IMG/VR virus record: IMGVR_UViG_3300015202_000010
Span: 1 to 57,733 of that record
Origin: a virus
Lineage: Duplodnaviria > Caudoviricetes
DNA: 57,733 nt
Reading direction: 5' to 3' (one strand)
Translations under genes and position numbers: made by a program
In this document: in pieces, positions 55,030-57,733 of the stretch
Layout: every line of letters begins with the position of its first letter
Position numbering within the stretch: the first letter of the stretch is position 1
The notes under the pieces: model-generated
Told to the model about the DNA's origin: nothing
Databases searched by the model: none
What the model saw: the letters and a program-made list of their open reading frames with translations, nothing else

Positions 55030-56277
55030 ATGGCAGCAGTAATTAAACCCCTACTGATTGAATATCAGTCGAAGAATAATGTCACCGGCCTTACGGACGT
55101 AAAAGCGCAGGTATATCTGAATGGCGTCGCAAAAGCAGTTGGTGCATCAGCAATCGTTCTCACAGAGATCGACGCTACAAATGCTCCAGGTTTTTATCTA
55201 TTAACAATTTCCGCTGCCCTCCAAACGACTTGGGGCGTTTCAAACGCTCAAGCGAATTTCATTCACGGAGATATTGATTCAGTAACTCAACCTGCGAGTG
55301 CGCCTTTTCGCTCTCAGGTAACCGTTGCCTCTACTGATGATCTCGACACGAAATTAGGGACTCCAGCCGGAGCTTCTGTTTCTGCTGACATCCTGACTCT
55401 TTCAACAAAAGTCGGAACGCCTGCGGGAGCATCTGTAAGTGCCGACATTGCAGCCGTTAAGTCTGACACCGCCGCAATCAAAACAGATCTTGAAACCGGA
55501 GCTAATTCACTCGCGACAATTAATGCGAATATTTTAGCTTTAGCAAATGGTTCGATTGCGAACGGCGTAGGTTATGTTCTTCCGAACATGCTCATCCCTG
55601 CGAGCGGTTCGAATTCATATCGCATTCCAATCACGATCGTAAACAATGATGGCGCACTCATCGACCCGACAGGAAATACCGTCACAGTTGGTTTATTGAA
55701 TGCAGCGGGAGTTGATCGCGGTTCGTTCTTAACAGGTTCTTCCGGCTCTCCAGCTCAAATTGCAGCGACTCGAATCAGTGTTGGTCAGTATTATGTGATG
55801 GTTGCTATTCCTAGCACCGAAGTTGAAGAAGATCTTTTATTTAGTTTCGCATATACCATTGGTACGAATGCAATGGTTCGTTATGGTCAATCGCAAGCGA
55901 CGACAGATTTAGGTTCTTCAGGTTTTGCTCTGCAATCGACTTTGCTCGCAACTCAAACTGCTGTAAATGCGATCAAAGCTGACGTAGAAAATGCAACGAC
56001 TGGTCTCATTAACATCGAGACGATCGCGGCAGCAGTACAAACTTCGATCAATAACGGAACCTACGGCCTTTCGGCATTGCAAACAATTGCTGCCTCGATA
56101 CAATCGACCGTAAATAATGGTACTTACGGTAACTCAGCTCTTCAAACGCAAAACGTGGCGACTCAAGCACAGAATACTGCGTCTCAAGGATCTGGTTTTG
56201 CTACAGCAACAGATAGTTTGCACGCCTTATCTGTGTTCGTGAGATCAAATCTTTTCTCTGGCGGCAGAGCGGTTTAA
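55030..56277 (+). CDS. Structural protein with internal repeats (fibre/whisker-like)
   Basis: GTPAGASVSADI x2 and NNGTYG.SALQT x2. Confidence 0.7.
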   Translation: MAAVIKPLLIEYQSKNNVTGLTDVKAQVYLNGVAKAVGASAIVLTEIDATNAPGFYLLTISAALQTTWGVSNAQANFIHGDIDSVTQPASAPFRSQVTVASTDDLDTKLGTPAGASVSADILTLSTKVGTPAGASVSADIAAVKSDTAAIKTDLETGANSLATINANILALANGSIANGVGYVLPNMLIPASGSNSYRIPITIVNNDGALIDPTGNTVTVGLLNAAGVDRGSFLTGSSGSPAQIAATRISVGQYYVMVAIPSTEVEEDLLFSFAYTIGTNAMVRYGQSQATTDLGSSGFALQSTLLATQTAVNAIKADVENATTGLINIETIAAAVQTSINNGTYGLSALQTIAASIQSTVNNGTYGNSALQTQNVATQAQNTASQGSGFATATDSLHALSVFVRSNLFSGGRAV

Positions 56278-56282
56278 GATAA

Positions 56283-56825
56283 TTGGGTTATTTAGGAATT
56301 CCAGAGAGAGTTTTCTACGAGTCAGCGCACTTCGTAGATGGTCTCTTAAACATTCAAGCTGTTGTTTTGAAGCCGGACGAATCTGTGTCCGGCCCTTTCA
56401 ACTTAATTGGGGCTCCGAGCGGTTTCGCCGGAGTCTATTTCTTTGATTTTTACACTCAGAATTCAGACCCTCAAGGAAATTACCTCGTAAAAATCATCTC
56501 TCCTACAGAACAAATTCAAACGAGTTATCGTTTTGGAATGAATCAAGTTCCAGCTATAGATCAATCAGCATTTCAAGCGATCGCAACTCAAATCACAGCG
56601 GCAGCAAATGAAATTCAATCACTTATTGGGAGTCTTTCGAGCATGGCGTCACCTACAGATATTAGAGGTATAGTAGAAACGGCAGATATTTTTGCAGTCG
56701 TTACGAGCGATGGTGAAAATGGCGGACCTGAGGTTGTAAACATAGAAGAAGCGGATCAAGAAAATAATTTAGAAGCGATTGTGAACGAAATTTCAATCGA
56801 CACGATCGTCACAGGAGAACAATAA
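56283..56825 (+). CDS. Hypothetical structural protein
   Basis: Ig-like N-terminus, acidic tail. Confidence 0.6.
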   Translation: MGYLGIPERVFYESAHFVDGLLNIQAVVLKPDESVSGPFNLIGAPSGFAGVYFFDFYTQNSDPQGNYLVKIISPTEQIQTSYRFGMNQVPAIDQSAFQAIATQITAAANEIQSLIGSLSSMASPTDIRGIVETADIFAVVTSDGENGGPEVVNIEEADQENNLEAIVNEISIDTIVTGEQ

Positions 56826-57163
56826 TGGCAGCTAATATTATTCAGGGTGGCAAATCGGTAATCACGGTTCGTCTCTTACAGCCATCAGGAGATCCTTACG
56901 ACCTTACAAATTGCACAGCGATGCAATGCTGTTTTCAAAATGACGACGGCACAGAGGTAACCTTGGCTCTCAATTCGGGAGTTTCGATTGTTTCTGCTCC
57001 TGCCGGAAAATTAACGATCACGCTCACGTCGATTCAGAGTGCGCTTTTAAGAGTGCTTCAGTTGGCAACTTTAGAGATCGCATTCACTCTCAGCACAGAT
57101 CCAAATAATATGCTGAAAGTTCAAGTGCCACAGGCGTATAACGTCATCCAATCACAATGCTAA
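56825..57163 (+). CDS. BppU-like/Ig-fold structural protein
   Basis: IIQG....TV.L....PYDLT...GKLTITLT. Confidence 0.55.
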   Translation: MAANIIQGGKSVITVRLLQPSGDPYDLTNCTAMQCCFQNDDGTEVTLALNSGVSIVSAPAGKLTITLTSIQSALLRVLQLATLEIAFTLSTDPNNMLKVQVPQAYNVIQSQC

Positions 57164-57450
57164 ATTTCGAGTCTGAGGAGCAGCGTAAAGATTTCGGTGC
57201 TCTCGCGATTTGGCTTAGACAACACAGAGTCAGTGACAACGCGATTCGCTATGTAGACGTTTACCTTATGCAAAAAATGAGGGACGTCTCAGAGTGGATC
57301 ATTGAGAGCAACGCCACACAGATTACACTGTTGCAAAACGAATTAAAGTCCACGCTCGATATAGTCGAAGAGTTGAAAAACGAGATCGAACTATTAAAGG
57401 CGGCCCAAAATGAACGAAACTCCTTGGATGCTTTGGCTCCTGAGATATGA
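57157..57450 (+). CDS. Hypothetical coiled-coil protein
   Basis: ORF between structural genes and endolysin. Confidence 0.55.
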   Translation: MLNFESEEQRKDFGALAIWLRQHRVSDNAIRYVDVYLMQKMRDVSEWIIESNATQITLLQNELKSTLDIVEELKNEIELLKAAQNERNSLDALAPEI

Positions 57451-57733
57451 AGGTCAGCACGAGTTAGCTGGCGACCAAGACAATCCTTTCATCATGTCAC
57501 TTTACAAATACGGCCATTATCAAGCGACGCACGACGAAGTTCCATGGTGCGCTTGTTGCGCAAATGCGGCCCTTGAGATCAACGGATTCATCGGAACCGG
57601 GCGAGCTGACGCTTTATCTTTTGCGACTTGTGGTGACGCTTCTGAACTCAAATACGGAGCCATCATTGTCATTCAACATCCAAAAGGCGGACACCACGTC
57701 ACATTCTTTTCGAAATGGGTAGACCAAAGCAAA
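57410..57733 (+). CDS. Endolysin, TIGR02594/NlpC-P60 (CHAP-like) family, N-terminal part; runs across the genome join
   Basis: ATG at 57410: MNETPWMLWLLRYEGQHELAGDQDNPFI...DEVPWCACCAN...GGHHVTF; not in the ORF track because the contig end splits it. Confidence 0.85.
   Translation, partial: MNETPWMLWLLRYEGQHELAGDQDNPFIMSLYKYGHYQATHDEVPWCACCANAALEINGFIGTGRADALSFATCGDASELKYGAIIVIQHPKGGHHVTFFSKWVDQSK
57530..57733. repeat. Terminal direct repeat (copy 2)
   Basis: Starts cacgacgaagttccatgg like position 1 and ends gaccaaagcaaa like position 204. Confidence 0.95.

Noticed and set aside
45990-56277. Diversity-generating retroelement or invertible fibre cassette
   Set aside because: No reverse transcriptase or invertase recognised; the repeats are diverged protein-level paralogy, not near-identical TR/VR DNA
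1-57733. Alternative genetic code or stop-codon reassignment
   Set aside because: Core genes are intact in code 11 and TAA, TAG and TGA all terminate genes at coupled junctions

Overview
The window is an apparently complete, circularly closed tailed-phage genome of about 57.5 kb. Positions 57530-57733 repeat 1-204 with one mismatch, and the join restores an intact TIGR02594/NlpC-P60-like endolysin. The left arm (minus strand, 1327-19585) carries many small membrane or hypothetical genes, RecT/RecE-like recombination genes, a BRO antirepressor, a DnaB-like helicase, a replication initiator and a discrete ParB-like + TET/JBP dioxygenase + glycosyltransferase DNA-hypermodification operon. A short plus-strand block (19731-23004) has duplicated promoter/operator elements, an RHH-like regulator and a RecU-like resolvase. 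It is followed by a repeat-rich non-coding stretch with a candidate structured RNA. The long late region (24971 to the end, continuing at 1-1218) encodes terminase, portal, head, a contractile DUF3383/DUF3277-type tail, baseplate, fibres and lysis genes. No integrase, DNA methyltransferase, tRNA or CRISPR array was recognised. The most unusual feature is four tail-fibre-like genes that begin with cleavable Sec signal peptides; three of them reuse domains of the adjacent non-secreted main fibre, suggesting exported accessory fibres or adhesins. Also notable are the methyltransferase-less TET/JBP-GT operon (possible base-J-like thymine modification), a split prohead protease/polyprotein with KGGPGSG repeats, three candidate structured RNAs and several recoding or overlap signals. 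All family calls are from motif recognition by eye, not from database searches.
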